NCBI RefSeq assembly: GCF_009914755.1 | Contig: NC_060925.1 | From: the human T2T-CHM13v2.0 reference genome, Homo sapiens | Strand: one strand, 5' to 3' | DNA length: 64,000 bases | Part shown: positions 52,503 through 64,000 of the stretch, in pieces | How the letters are laid out: each line of letters begins with the position of its first letter | Position numbering within the stretch: the first letter of the stretch is position 1 | Program-made: the position numbers and the translations under genes | The notes under the pieces: generated by a model | Databases searched by the model: none | Seen by the model: the letters and a program-made list of their open reading frames with translations, nothing else | What the model was told of the DNA's origin: nothing

Positions 52503-54145
52503 CTGGCAGAAAAAGAAAAAGGTCTGCTCTGAACCCTAAGGTGCTCCTTAAAGCCTGCTGGTTTGAGGATTCACCCTCAATTGACCTGGAATTGAGAAAA
52601 AGATGGGAAAGAGAATTATTGAGATGCTCGGTTTATGAGTCACCACCACTTTGCATCATAATAGGTTTGGTAAAGTCTCATTGGTAGAAATAGTATGCAG
52701 GTGTAGGGAGCGCCTTGGATTGATTGATAGGCCTCTTACTTGCTGTCATTCAGAAGACTCTTTAAGTTCCCTTATTGGATGAGATTTTGGTCAGTTTCAC
52801 TTCAAGCCATTTTCTTTTAAAAACTCTTTATTGTCCTTTAGGATTAGTGCCACTGTCCTTCAGTCTGAGCAAGATGGAGCATTTCGGTGTCACTCACCAG
52901 TCAGCCAAATTGTGACAAAAGGCAGTCCCTTCCTGGCAGGATCTTGGGGAGGAGAGGAGGGGCCCCCTCAGCAGGGTCTCTCTTTGTAGCACTTAATGCT
53001 GTTGGTCCTGAAAAGAAAGAATGGGAAGGAGCAGGAAATTGGACTTAAGTCACCTCCAAATCAGTAGAGTTCAATCCTAGCTGATGTTTGTTTATAAAAT
53101 AGCTCTCTAAGTAATTCACACCCTGTTTCCCATTTAACCTCTTGGACACATGGTGTTTGGCCTACCAAGGCGTTTTTTGGAATTGTTCATAAAAGTACTG
53201 AGTTTGACACCGAAAGAAAGGAATTTGGGGTCAGATTTACTATTTTAAACTTAGGCCTTTGGGATTTATAAAAGATGTTTCCGATATGCTAAAACAGTTG
53301 GAAGAGCTTTTGAAAACTGTGGTGTAAGCGAGAGGCTCCCTAATTTGTATTGCAGGTGAGGAAAACCAGGCCTAGGAGGTTGGCTGACTTTCTCTTGCAC
53401 CTTCAGAACTCAAGCGATAACATCTTGCAGTCTCTATGGCACAGAACTACTGAAGGCGAAAGCAAATTCCTTCAAGCTCCCCAGACTACTTCCAAGTTGA
53501 ACTTGCTCTTGAGGAGGGGATCCTGTGTCTCCTGTCCCAGCTGAGGGTGTTTCAATCTTTGCCAGATAAAAAGAGACATTCAAGGTCATTAGCCCAATTT
53601 TCCTCTAGGGTGGAGCTGGGATTGGCAGCTGAGTTTTTCTGATGACCCAGAAATTACATGTATTCATTTCTTTCTTTTTAGATAAAAGTATTTCTATTCC
53701 AGTTTTTCTATGGCTCTTTCTTAAGAGAAGGGGGGGGGAAAGTCCCACATTTTAGCTAGCAGATTCTTCTTTTTCTATGCAGTCTTTTATAATCCATCTT
53801 GATTCTCAACCCATTCCTTACCCCTGCTTTTTTTTTTTTTTAATACTTTGTGTCTTTTAATCACCTGCAGGATCTGACTCAGTGTCCTTCCCTCTGAATC
53901 ACAGGCTGCTCTTCCTTCAACTGTGTCTCCCAGGAGGAGAGGGAGGGCTAAAAGTCTTTTCTCCTATGTTGGCTTCTGTACCAACAATACAGCTTCCTTC
54001 TCTCCCAGACCTCTTTTGGGCTGTTATTCATTTCTGAGGTTGATTTTTTAAAATATTTCTATGTAAAAACAGAAAAATCTGTTAAGTCATATCATTATTA
54101 AAACAGTCAAGAAATTGTCTCATATATATGTGTACACAAATGTCA

Positions 54146-54424
<279 letters not shown>

Positions 54425-55674
54425 CCCAGAAATATGTACATAAATGTGTATATCTGCCCTAATGTATACCAAAATCATGAAAAATAATTTTTTAGCTGTT
54501 TTTTTAAGTGCAATAAAGACAAGCCAAAATGAAAGAGAAAAAACAAAGAGCATTTAATAGATGCTTTTTAATAGTTTTTTTTGGGGAGATGTGGGCAATT
54601 ATATGATAAGATATTTTCTATGCGGATCATATATCACAAACGTTCTTTATTACTACACTTCACATGAGACATTGGTACAATAAAGGTAATATAGATCTCC
54701 AGTTACAAAGAAAAAAGTAAACAACAGTCTCTCATGCATGACAAAAGTCATTTAAATGTGAAAATATCAATGGAAGTGTTAGGACCAAAACTGGTCTCAT
54801 TTTAGACTGTGGTTATGATTTGACTACAGGCCTTACAATTATGGGCGGATTTCTTTTGGAAAAGAAACTTTCTGTTTCAGTTCCAAGTTTTATTCTTTTA
54901 AGAATTATTTTTTCTCTTTTCCATTCCACAATCAGATAGACACAGTTTTGCCAAATGTCTGAAGGTTTATATAGAACGATGAGTTTGACAAACTGTAGTC
55001 TCCTTTAAGTTGGCATTTCTAGCTTCTCTAACAGTGCTAGGTGCTGGGTTATATTTAGAATGCTATGCTGCTTTTTGGTTTTTCACAAAATACTCATTTG
55101 ATAAGAAATGTCCAATTGGAAACAGCTGTCACAATTAAAATATAACTTCCTTCTTATATTACTGCCGACCTTTTTGATTTCTACATTTATCCATGAATCT
55201 CAGTATATGAAATTTCAGTAGTAGAAATTTAAATCACAACCCTGGCTTCCCCTTGCTGCAAAGTATCAGCATCTGTCCGAATTCTGAAAATGTTTATGTT
55301 AATATTTTCTTGCTCCTCCCTCAGCATATCTTAAACAAGTATAGCACCAATACTGTGAAAGGAAAAGAAGGTATATTTTGAAAAACACCAAAGGAATGAT
55401 TGTGAGAGGGGAGCAGTACTTATATTGCATTATGTAAGGCAATAAGTACCATATTGCTACAGCCTACAATATTACACAAGAAAATTTACAGTAGAGGCAC
55501 AGACTTATTGTTTCTGAAGACTATATTATAAGTCCTCAGATTCTTTTTTATGTATCATGATAATACTCAAAACAAGCTCAAGAAAATAGGAATGGCAGAG
55601 GTTTTTATGTTCTAAGGCCACATCCATCAAACTCCATCAGATTCCAGTATAACAATTCTGTCCTCAATGGCTTT

Positions 55675-57100
55675 TCATTTGCTCATTCATTTATGTTGTA
55701 AATAATTCTTGATTGCAGATTATGTATTAGGACTACACTACATGTGAGAAATTTGATCCAGAGTTCCTGCTGTTAAAGAGCTTATAGAAAGACAGAGGAG
55801 ATATTTGTTAATCAAATAGTCATATGTACAAGCACAACCTGAACAAATGCTAATCTCGACTTAAAGAAATGGGGTAATAGGATGAGGACGAGTTCCTTGA
55901 AGAAATAAGAGTGGAGGTATAATCTAAAGATGGGTAAGAGTTAAGGAGGTAATGGGACCGTGACTAGCTGTCCAGAAAGAAGAAATAATGTGTGCAATGG
56001 CCTTTTGGTGAGAGGAAGCATGCCACATGCAACATAAGAAAGCTGGGACATGTAGAGGAAGAGATGGTCTAAATGAAGCCTGAGAGTTAAACAAGAACTG
56101 TGCATATCAGTGAAATCACTGTGGTGTGTAGGATGAATAGAGAAGGGCAAGACTAGAGTGGAACTAGGAGAGTGACAGTAGAGGTTGGGCAGACATAAGG
56201 GGTACATAAGAGGCAAAACTGCCTATATTTGGTGGATGGGGAAAAGGGACGAACCATGATTCTAGGTGTAAGTACTTAGATGCTCGGAAGATGTTGAAGT
56301 ATAGAGTATGTGTAAAAAATCCAATTTAGGAAGTTAACAATGATGACTTCAATTCTGGAAATGTGTGAGAAATGGTTAATAGGCTTTATGATAATGACTC
56401 TAAACATCTGGAGAGACAGTGCTATAAATATACATTGGGGAATTTTAACATGTAAGTGGTGTTTGAAAGATGGAAGGATGAGTGAGATTTTCTAGTGAGA
56501 GTATGTCCAATACTAATAGTAGTGGGCCAAGGGCATAATCCTGATGAATATCAACATTTAAGGAGCAGGAAGAGAAACAAGAATACATGAGGAGACCTGA
56601 ACAGTTTGATTTGTAAGAGAAGAACTGGTTAAGGAGGGTGGTGAAGAAAGTCATGGGGGTGAGGTAACAACACTGTTAAATGCAGCAGAGCTGTACTTTA
56701 AGACCAGTGAATTAGGGAATTGGCATTCAGGAGATCAGTAGTATCCAGATTGAAAGAAGTTGAGTGATGAAGACACAAGAAGTCAGATCACACTAGACTG
56801 GGAGGCAAATGGGAGCTGAGAGGTAGAGAAGACTGGAGATGCGAAAGATCAGAGGGAGTGTGATACAGGATCAAGGGAGGATTTGATAATGATGTATTTA
56901 CACGTTGGGAAGGGGCCAGTGGAAATAAAAAGGTTGAAGTTATAGGAGGGAGGGATGATAACAAGGACCTAGAACAACCCTGTTGGGCTGATTTTAAGTA
57001 GGACTGAGGACATCTATTCTTTGGGGGCGGAGGAAAGTAGTTAGACACACAGATTATAGATAGTTTACTTATCCCTTTTCACTAGGGGTTTCTTCCATTA
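55675..57100 (-). mobile_element. L2 LINE, long degenerate fragment
   Basis: Starts cattcatttatgttgtaaataattcttgattgcagattatgtattagg (L2 tail); purine-rich body with L2-like motifs (gaatatcaacatttaaggag; gaattggcattcaggagatcagtag). Confidence 0.7.
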
Positions 57101-57272
57101 GGCAGTGTTTTCTGCAAGGGAGGACAAGTAGACTTAATAATATGCTATAATAAATCTATAATACAAGACTAGAGGGAAGAAAGAATGGCAACGTGGTATC
57201 ATTGAAAGAATGTAGTTGTGGTATACATAGTTCACATCTAGCATCCACTATTTTTTATCGTTGTAAGAATAA

Positions 57273-57300
57273 ACACACACACACACACACATGCACACAC
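57273..57300. repeat. (CA)n microsatellite within a MIR remnant
   Basis: Seen directly. Confidence 0.9.
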
Positions 57301-57409
57301 GCATATTTTTAACTTTGTAGAGCCTTTGCATCCTGTGTTATTATCCCATGGGATAATGATGCCGTCCTCACAATTTTGTATCTTGGGTTAATCAAGATAG
57401 CATATATGT

Positions 57410-57915
57410 TCATTATCTCAGACAATAGCCAATCAGGAAAACAGAAGCCATTCTGAATATTTCAAACACAAATACATTAAAATAGGAAATTGGTTACACA
57501 CGTGATAGGATAATTGAGAAGCCCAAAGGGATAATGAGGCAATGTAGAGATTAGACATAGGTGCTAGGCATCACCACCCTTATTCCTGGAAGAGCAAAAG
57601 GAGTAAGTGGCTTTACTGAAGCTTACATTCAAGGGCAACTTGAAAAAAAAGTGGAACCAGGGAAGATCTGCTCAGCAGTAGCTGGGTCTCTGACAGAGAG
57701 AGAATGGCTCATGAAACCAGGAGCCACAGAGGAGACTCAGATGCTGCCAGGAATGCCAAGGAAAGGAGACTAGGCTCCCCAAAATGCCTCTCACTGGCCA
57801 AACCTACAGGAAAGTGAGAGGAAAATGTCTTGGAAATGTAGTCCCACAAGAAACAACACAGCAGAATAAAGGCAGAGAAAGGATCAGAGCAAAATAGGCA
57901 AAGGACAAATCACAG
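57410..57915 (-). mobile_element. Ancient ERVL-type LTR (LTR33-like)
   Basis: ccaatcaggaaaacagaagccattctgaatatttcaaac...aggaaattggttacacacgtgatagg...tgagaagccc resembles an LTR33-type terminus; it splits a MIR. Confidence 0.55.
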
Positions 57916-59814
57916 GCATGTGAATTGATCTAACACCATATCTGCCACAGAGTAAACACTTAATAAATGTGACATTCCTCAGTTACATCAATCTGTTTTA
58001 ATGAATGCAGATGGCACCAGTTAGTTGAAAAGCAGGGTAAAATGAAAAGTCAAAGATTTTTGTTAGAGTAGCTACTCATAACAACTGAGCTGACCTTTGG
58101 TCCTGCTTATACAACATAGCTAAGTTAGCCTTTAGTTATTGAAATATTTTCAAGACTTACTCCATCACAGAATTGCAAATATGTTGTGGGGAAACTTTCT
58201 AAGGCTTGAGAAATATATTAATCAGCTTCTAAATTTCAAAAAAACCACTGGCACTGCCCAACTACTCATGTTTTGTGGCTAGGAAATGGATGCCTTGTAT
58301 TCCACTCTTTAGCTCCAGTACCTCATAGCTACTAATAAAATATCATCACTACCAGCGCAACAGGATGTACTGCTCAGAGGATCTTGTCTTTGAAGTAAAA
58401 TGAAACCCTAAAGCTTTCATTTGGCTAATGAAAACCTCAGCCAGAAACTTTCCTCATTTCTGATCACATATGGAGTCTTCTGAGCTCATTTTGGCTTGGG
58501 ACACCAGATGCTGGCCCTGCACGTGGTATTCTCATCCAAATTTGGAGCAGGTGCTAATTATCAGAACAGGAAACAGATACTCAATCCCAAGAAAATTCCT
58601 CCCTTGGTTATATAAGGAGGGCAGTTCAGTGCTAAATTATAAAGGATCCCTATTAGCTTACTACCCAAATTTTCAGTGCATACACATTTTTGTTTTCTTC
58701 TTGGCCTATGATTTCTTGGAAACTTGGGTATAAACATTCAGATATCACATAAAAAGCCTTTATATAAATATGAATGTGATTTTCCCTAAATCTAAAGGTG
58801 GTTTTCATTAAAAAGCAACATTAGACCCACCTTAATAGCCAGTAGAGTATGAAAAAAAATTACTCCAAATAGATCTGAGAAAATGGGCACCAACATAGAT
58901 GTTTCTGTGTGGGAGCCTCTGGCCTTCCTCCCTTTTCCAAATATACAGCACTGAGTGGTGGCTGTCAGGGTCAGGAGAGGAGGAAGTTCTCAGATGCCAG
59001 TGCAAAGCAATAATCTTCAAGTGGATGCCATGCCAACAGGGATATGGTGTTAGTTACAAGGAAGTCAGGAGGCCGAGACTGAGAGTCAAGGAAAGTTAAA
59101 AACAAAATCAGTAAGAGGGGAAGGGTCACAGAGGGAAGCAAAGATGACAGTCAGAAGGAAAACATCTGCAGACATTGCAAGAGCTAACAGGAAGGGGAGG
59201 GGAATTGGGAAGAACACATTTTTTTCTTCCCTTTCTCTTACACATGGCACGGTTTTGATATCCTCCCATTTTTTTCACAATATTCACAACTCCAGACTAC
59301 TAATGTGTGGTGATGAGTTACTCTTTCTAAATTGAAGATCACTAAGCAAATGTTACCACTCGCTTACTCCTCCAGTGCTGTGCCCTTGTTTCTTTTACCA
59401 GAAGCCCAGCCCCCGTCAAAAAGTTCAGCTGGTGTTTGGACCTCATGTGCCTGGAATATTAGGGAACACACTCTAGCCCACATCTTGCTGCATTACCCTG
59501 AGATGATGCTATTTTTTATTATTTCACTCAATAGGATTTGTGTTTCCTTGTTTCTGATAGTATTTGGAGAGTGAATCCAAGAAATGTTTTGTTGTTTTTT
59601 AAAAGTCCTTTTTTTTGTCCTTACAAGCAGAGAAATGACTTACTTATACTCTTCATTTCATAGCACATTGTCAACATAAGTCCTCTCTCTTTTTTTATTA
59701 TCTATTAGTTATTCTGTTTTTTTCTCCATCATCTATTTCCACTTTTATCCAACTCTCTTCCCACAGGTACTCGCACTAATGTGATTCGAGTCTTTCAACT
59801 TGAATGCATCTTTA

Positions 59815-60335
<521 letters not shown>

Positions 60336-61299
60336 ATTGCCCTGTAAACTTTATTCTGCTTCTTTTTTTTCATTCTATACTATATTTGTAAGTTCTGTGC
60401 ATTTTGCTATATGTATATTTATGTATCTACAAAATTCATCTACCACATTTTAGTTAGCCCTCTAACCTTTCTTTTACTGATAGATTTCAAGGCTGTGTCA
60501 AACCTTCTTCTTCTGTAAAAACAGGCATGATGAACAATCTCAAACATGTTCCCTTAGGGATCAATGTGAGAAATCCTCTGGGATACATCCCCAGGAGAAA
60601 GATGGATGAGATGCTGGCTATACTCACACATTATTCTTCTCACTACTATCAGATGGTAAAGCAAATATTTTAAAGTTCTGGTTTCTATTTGACCTCCTAA
60701 CTACACAAAAATCTCGAATCAATGCTCCTTGGTTTCATCTCTCACTGTTCCAAAATTTCCTGTATAAATTTGTTTCTTCCTACTTGTCATCTTTTATAGA
60801 ACCACATTATGACCTGCAGACATTTTGCTGCATCAAAAATAAGACTGGGTTTACTTTTAAAATGGTGAGCTACATTTATTAGAATTGATACGGATTGAGA
60901 TGCTGCAATATGATTTTTTAAAGTCATTTCTTGATCATTAAACACTTTAATTTGCTGCATTTCAAATCATACTATCTGTCCCAGGTTAGATGTAGTTCAT
61001 GCTGAGAAATGTGGGTAAAGAATTCAAGTCCATTTTAAAATTCTCCAATTCTGCAGGAAACCCTGCAATGATTCTTGTATCACGAACAGTTATACCTCTT
61101 AGCACGATTAGATAAAAGCTATGAAATATGATTCTTTCACAGACAGTTTTGGTAAGACACTTTATAAAATTTCCACAACTCTTTCCCTTTAATAGTCAAA
61201 ATGTTGGCAAAGTTTAATGGCAAGTATAAATCCTGATTTATAAATCCTGAGTAGAAAGACCCCAAACCGTAGGCTAAGCTTGTTTTTTCCTCTCAACTC

Positions 61300-61610
61300 C
61301 CTGATTGCTTCTTCTAAGCCATCTTTGCTGGCTTCACCTACTGGCCTCCTGGGACCTTCTCTTCTTTTATACCCTCATCTTCAGCTTAATGTGGCCTTCT
61401 TAGAGAGAGTTTCTCTACCCAACCAATATAAAGTAGTCATATAGCCCGTCTCTCTTTCTTTCTCCCTCTTCTTCCCTACTCCCAGCTGTATAGAACATAT
61501 TATGACACCCCTGTCCATAGAACACAGGTTTCCCAAAAGTAAGGCCTTCATCTGCCTTGTTGACCTCTGTGTCTCCTGTGTCTAAAACAAAATACTTACT
61601 GAGAGAATGA
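61300..61610 (+). mobile_element. L2 3' fragment
   Basis: tcagcttaatgtggccttcttagagagagtttctctaccc ... gtctcctgtgtctaaaaca. Confidence 0.6.
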
Positions 61611-62137
61611 CCAATGGTAAGGCACCTTTAGTGTTATGTGCTCCAGGCAGGGTTTTCATACATGGACCACAGAAAAAATGGCATCTGAATCCCACCATCA
61701 ACCATAACCCCATCTTCTCACAATACTCTCAAGAGAAGAATTCTTGAAAATGTCAATGGCACAGGAACCATACAAGCACTTTGTTGTCATCTGGACTTGT
61801 GTCCAAATCTGAATGCAAAGTTCTACCTTCAAGTCCTGAGGAGACTCTATTAAATCCTAGCCTAAATCTTAGAGGGTTTTCATATTCTGGCTGGCTTTAT
61901 AGAATCTTGGGACACTAAAAAGAAGACAGAATCAATATTTAAGATGTAAGCGATAAAGAGGTAAAATAACTATGACTACCTCCTTATGCTGCAGCCTTAC
62001 AAAGCAGTGAGAGAGGAGAACAAGTCACATCCTTGTGTGGCATTTCAGTGCATTCAGAACCCTCTCATGAATAACTATGGCCATACAGTCCTGGAATAAG
62101 ACCAATCCATTTATTTTTTATTCTTGTTGAAGAGGTA

Positions 62138-62524
62138 TATATTAGTCTGTTTTCACACTTGCTATAAAGAACTACCTGAGACTGGGTAATTTATGAGGAA
62201 AAGAGGTTTAATTGACTTAACACTTCTTTAGGCTGTACAGTAAACGTGGTTGGGGAGGCCTCGGGAAACTTACAATCGTGGCGAAAGGGTGAAGGGGAAG
62301 CAAGCCTCTTATTCACATGGCAGAGCAGGAGAGAAAGAACAAAGGGAGAAGTGCCACACACTTTTAAACCATCAGATCTCAAGAGAACTCACTCATTATC
62401 ATAAGAACAGCAAGGGGGAAATCCACCCCATGATCCAATCATCTCCCACCAAATCCCTTCCCCTACATTGGGAACTGCAATTCAAAATGAGATTTGGGCG
62501 GGGACACAGAGTCAAACCATATCA
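62138..62524 (-). mobile_element. MSTA/THE1D-type MaLR LTR (3' LTR)
   Basis: tattagtctgttttcacacttgctataaagaactacctgagactgggtaatttat...gggggaaatccaccccatgatccaatca...gggacacagagtcaaaccatatca. Confidence 0.93.
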
Positions 62525-64000
62525 TTCCACCCCTGGCCACTCCCAAATCTTATTTCCTTCTCACATTTCAAAACACAATTATGCCTTCCCAACAGTCCCC
62601 CACAGTCTTATCTCCCAGCATTAACTCAAAAGTCCCAAGTCCAAAGTCTCATCTGAGACAAGACAAGTCCCTTCCACTTATGAGCCTGTAAAATCAAAAA
62701 CAATTTAGTTATTTCCAAGATACAATGGGGGTACAGGCATTGGGTAAATGCCCCCATTCCAAAATGGAGAAATTGGCCAATACAAAGGGGTTACAGGCCC
62801 CATGCAAGTCTGAAACTCAGCAGGGCGCTCATTAAATTTCAAAGGTTCCAAATATTATCCTTTAACTCCATGTCTCACAACCAGGGCACACTCCAAAGGC
62901 CTTGAGCAGCTCCACCCCTGTGGCTCTGAAAGGTACAGTCCCCACTCCAACCCACAGCTGCTTTCATAAGCTAGTGTTTAATGCCTGTGGCTTTTCCAGG
63001 TGCACAGTGCAAGATGTCAGTGGATCTACCATTCTGTGGTCTGGAAGATGATGGCCATCTTCTCACAGCTCCACTAGGCAGTGCCTTAATGGGGACACTG
63101 TGTGGTTGCTCCAACCCCACAATTCCCCTCTGTACTGCCCTAGTGGAGATTCTCCATGAGTGCTTCACCCCTGCAGTAGACTTCTGCCTGGACATCCAGG
63201 CATTTTCATACATCCTCTGAAATCTAGGTAGAGGCTTCCAAGCCTAAACGCTTGCCTTCTGTGCACCCACAGGCCTAACACCACATGGAAGTTGCCAGAG
63301 CTTGGGGCTTACAACCTCTGAAGTAATGGCCTGAGCTATACCTTGCCCCCTTTTAGCCATGCTGGAGCTGGAGCAGCTGTTACGCAGGGCTCCATATCCT
63401 GAGACTACATAGAGCAGCAGGGCCCTGGACCTGGCCCATGAAACAATTTTTTCTTCTTTGGCCTCCTCTGTCATAAAAGGGGTTGCCACACAGGTCTCTG
63501 AAATGCCTTTGAGGCATTTTCCCCATTGTCTTGGATATTATCATTCACCTCCTCTTTACTTATGCAAATGTCTGCAGCTGCTTGAATTTCTGCCCAGAAA
63601 ATGGGTTTTTCTTTTCTACCAAATGGTAAGCCTGCAAATTTTCCAAACTTTTATGTTCTGCTTCCCTTTTAAAGTTCTAGATTCAAGTTATTTCTTTGCT
63701 TATGCAAATGAGAATAGGCTTTTAGAAGCAGCCAGGGCACTTCTTGAATGCTTTGCTGCTTAGAGATTTCTTCCGCCAATACCCTAAATCATCTCTCTGG
63801 AGTTAAAAGTTCCACAGATCTCTAGAGCAGGGGCACAATGCTGCCAGTCTCTTTGCTAAAGCATAGCAAGAGTGGCCTTTACTCTAGTTCTCAGTAAGTT
63901 CCTCATCTCCATCTGAGGCTACTGCAGTGGCGACTTCACTGTCCATACCACTATCAGCATTTTGGTCACAACCACTCAGCAAGTCTCTAGGAAGTTCCAA
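62525..64000 (-). mobile_element. MSTA/THE1 internal sequence (MaLR-int), runs off the window
   Basis: Contiguous with the LTR: ttccacccctggcc...ccaaagtctcatctgagacaag...ggatctaccattctg...cagctccactaggcagtgcc...caagtctctaggaagttccaa. ORFs 62971-63763 derive from it. Confidence 0.93.

Noticed and set aside
53728-53740. G-run as a G-quadruplex
   Set aside because: A single G9 run without four separated G-tracts.

Overview
This is AT-rich, CpG-depleted primate (most likely human) genomic DNA from an intronic or intergenic region. It is not prokaryotic. Much of it is interspersed repeats: Alu J/S copies, L1PA/L1PB 3' ends, a HAL1-like element, L2/MIR fragments, MaLR LTRs (MLT1, MST, THE1), MLT2 LTRs with a decayed ERVL pol/dUTPase region, MER21, LTR16, Tigger3a, MER119 and MADE1. 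I can support no intact protein-coding gene; the ORF track is chance ORFs or repeat-derived ORFs. I see no CRISPR array, rRNA or tRNA, and no evidence of a new multi-gene system. The signals most worth checking are: (1) a MADE1 MITE forming a perfect 35-bp-arm hairpin with matching non-consensus changes in both arms (miR-548-like); (2) a repeat-free stretch near 52.1-53.1 kb that looks like a minus-strand non-coding exon with promoter-type motifs upstream; (3) splice-site-bounded unique sequence near 8.3 kb; (4) a head-to-head deletion junction fusing a MaLR element to an ERVL; and (5) a 64-bp AT-rich palindrome. Repeat subfamily calls come from my recall of consensus sequences, and the boundaries of old elements are approximate.
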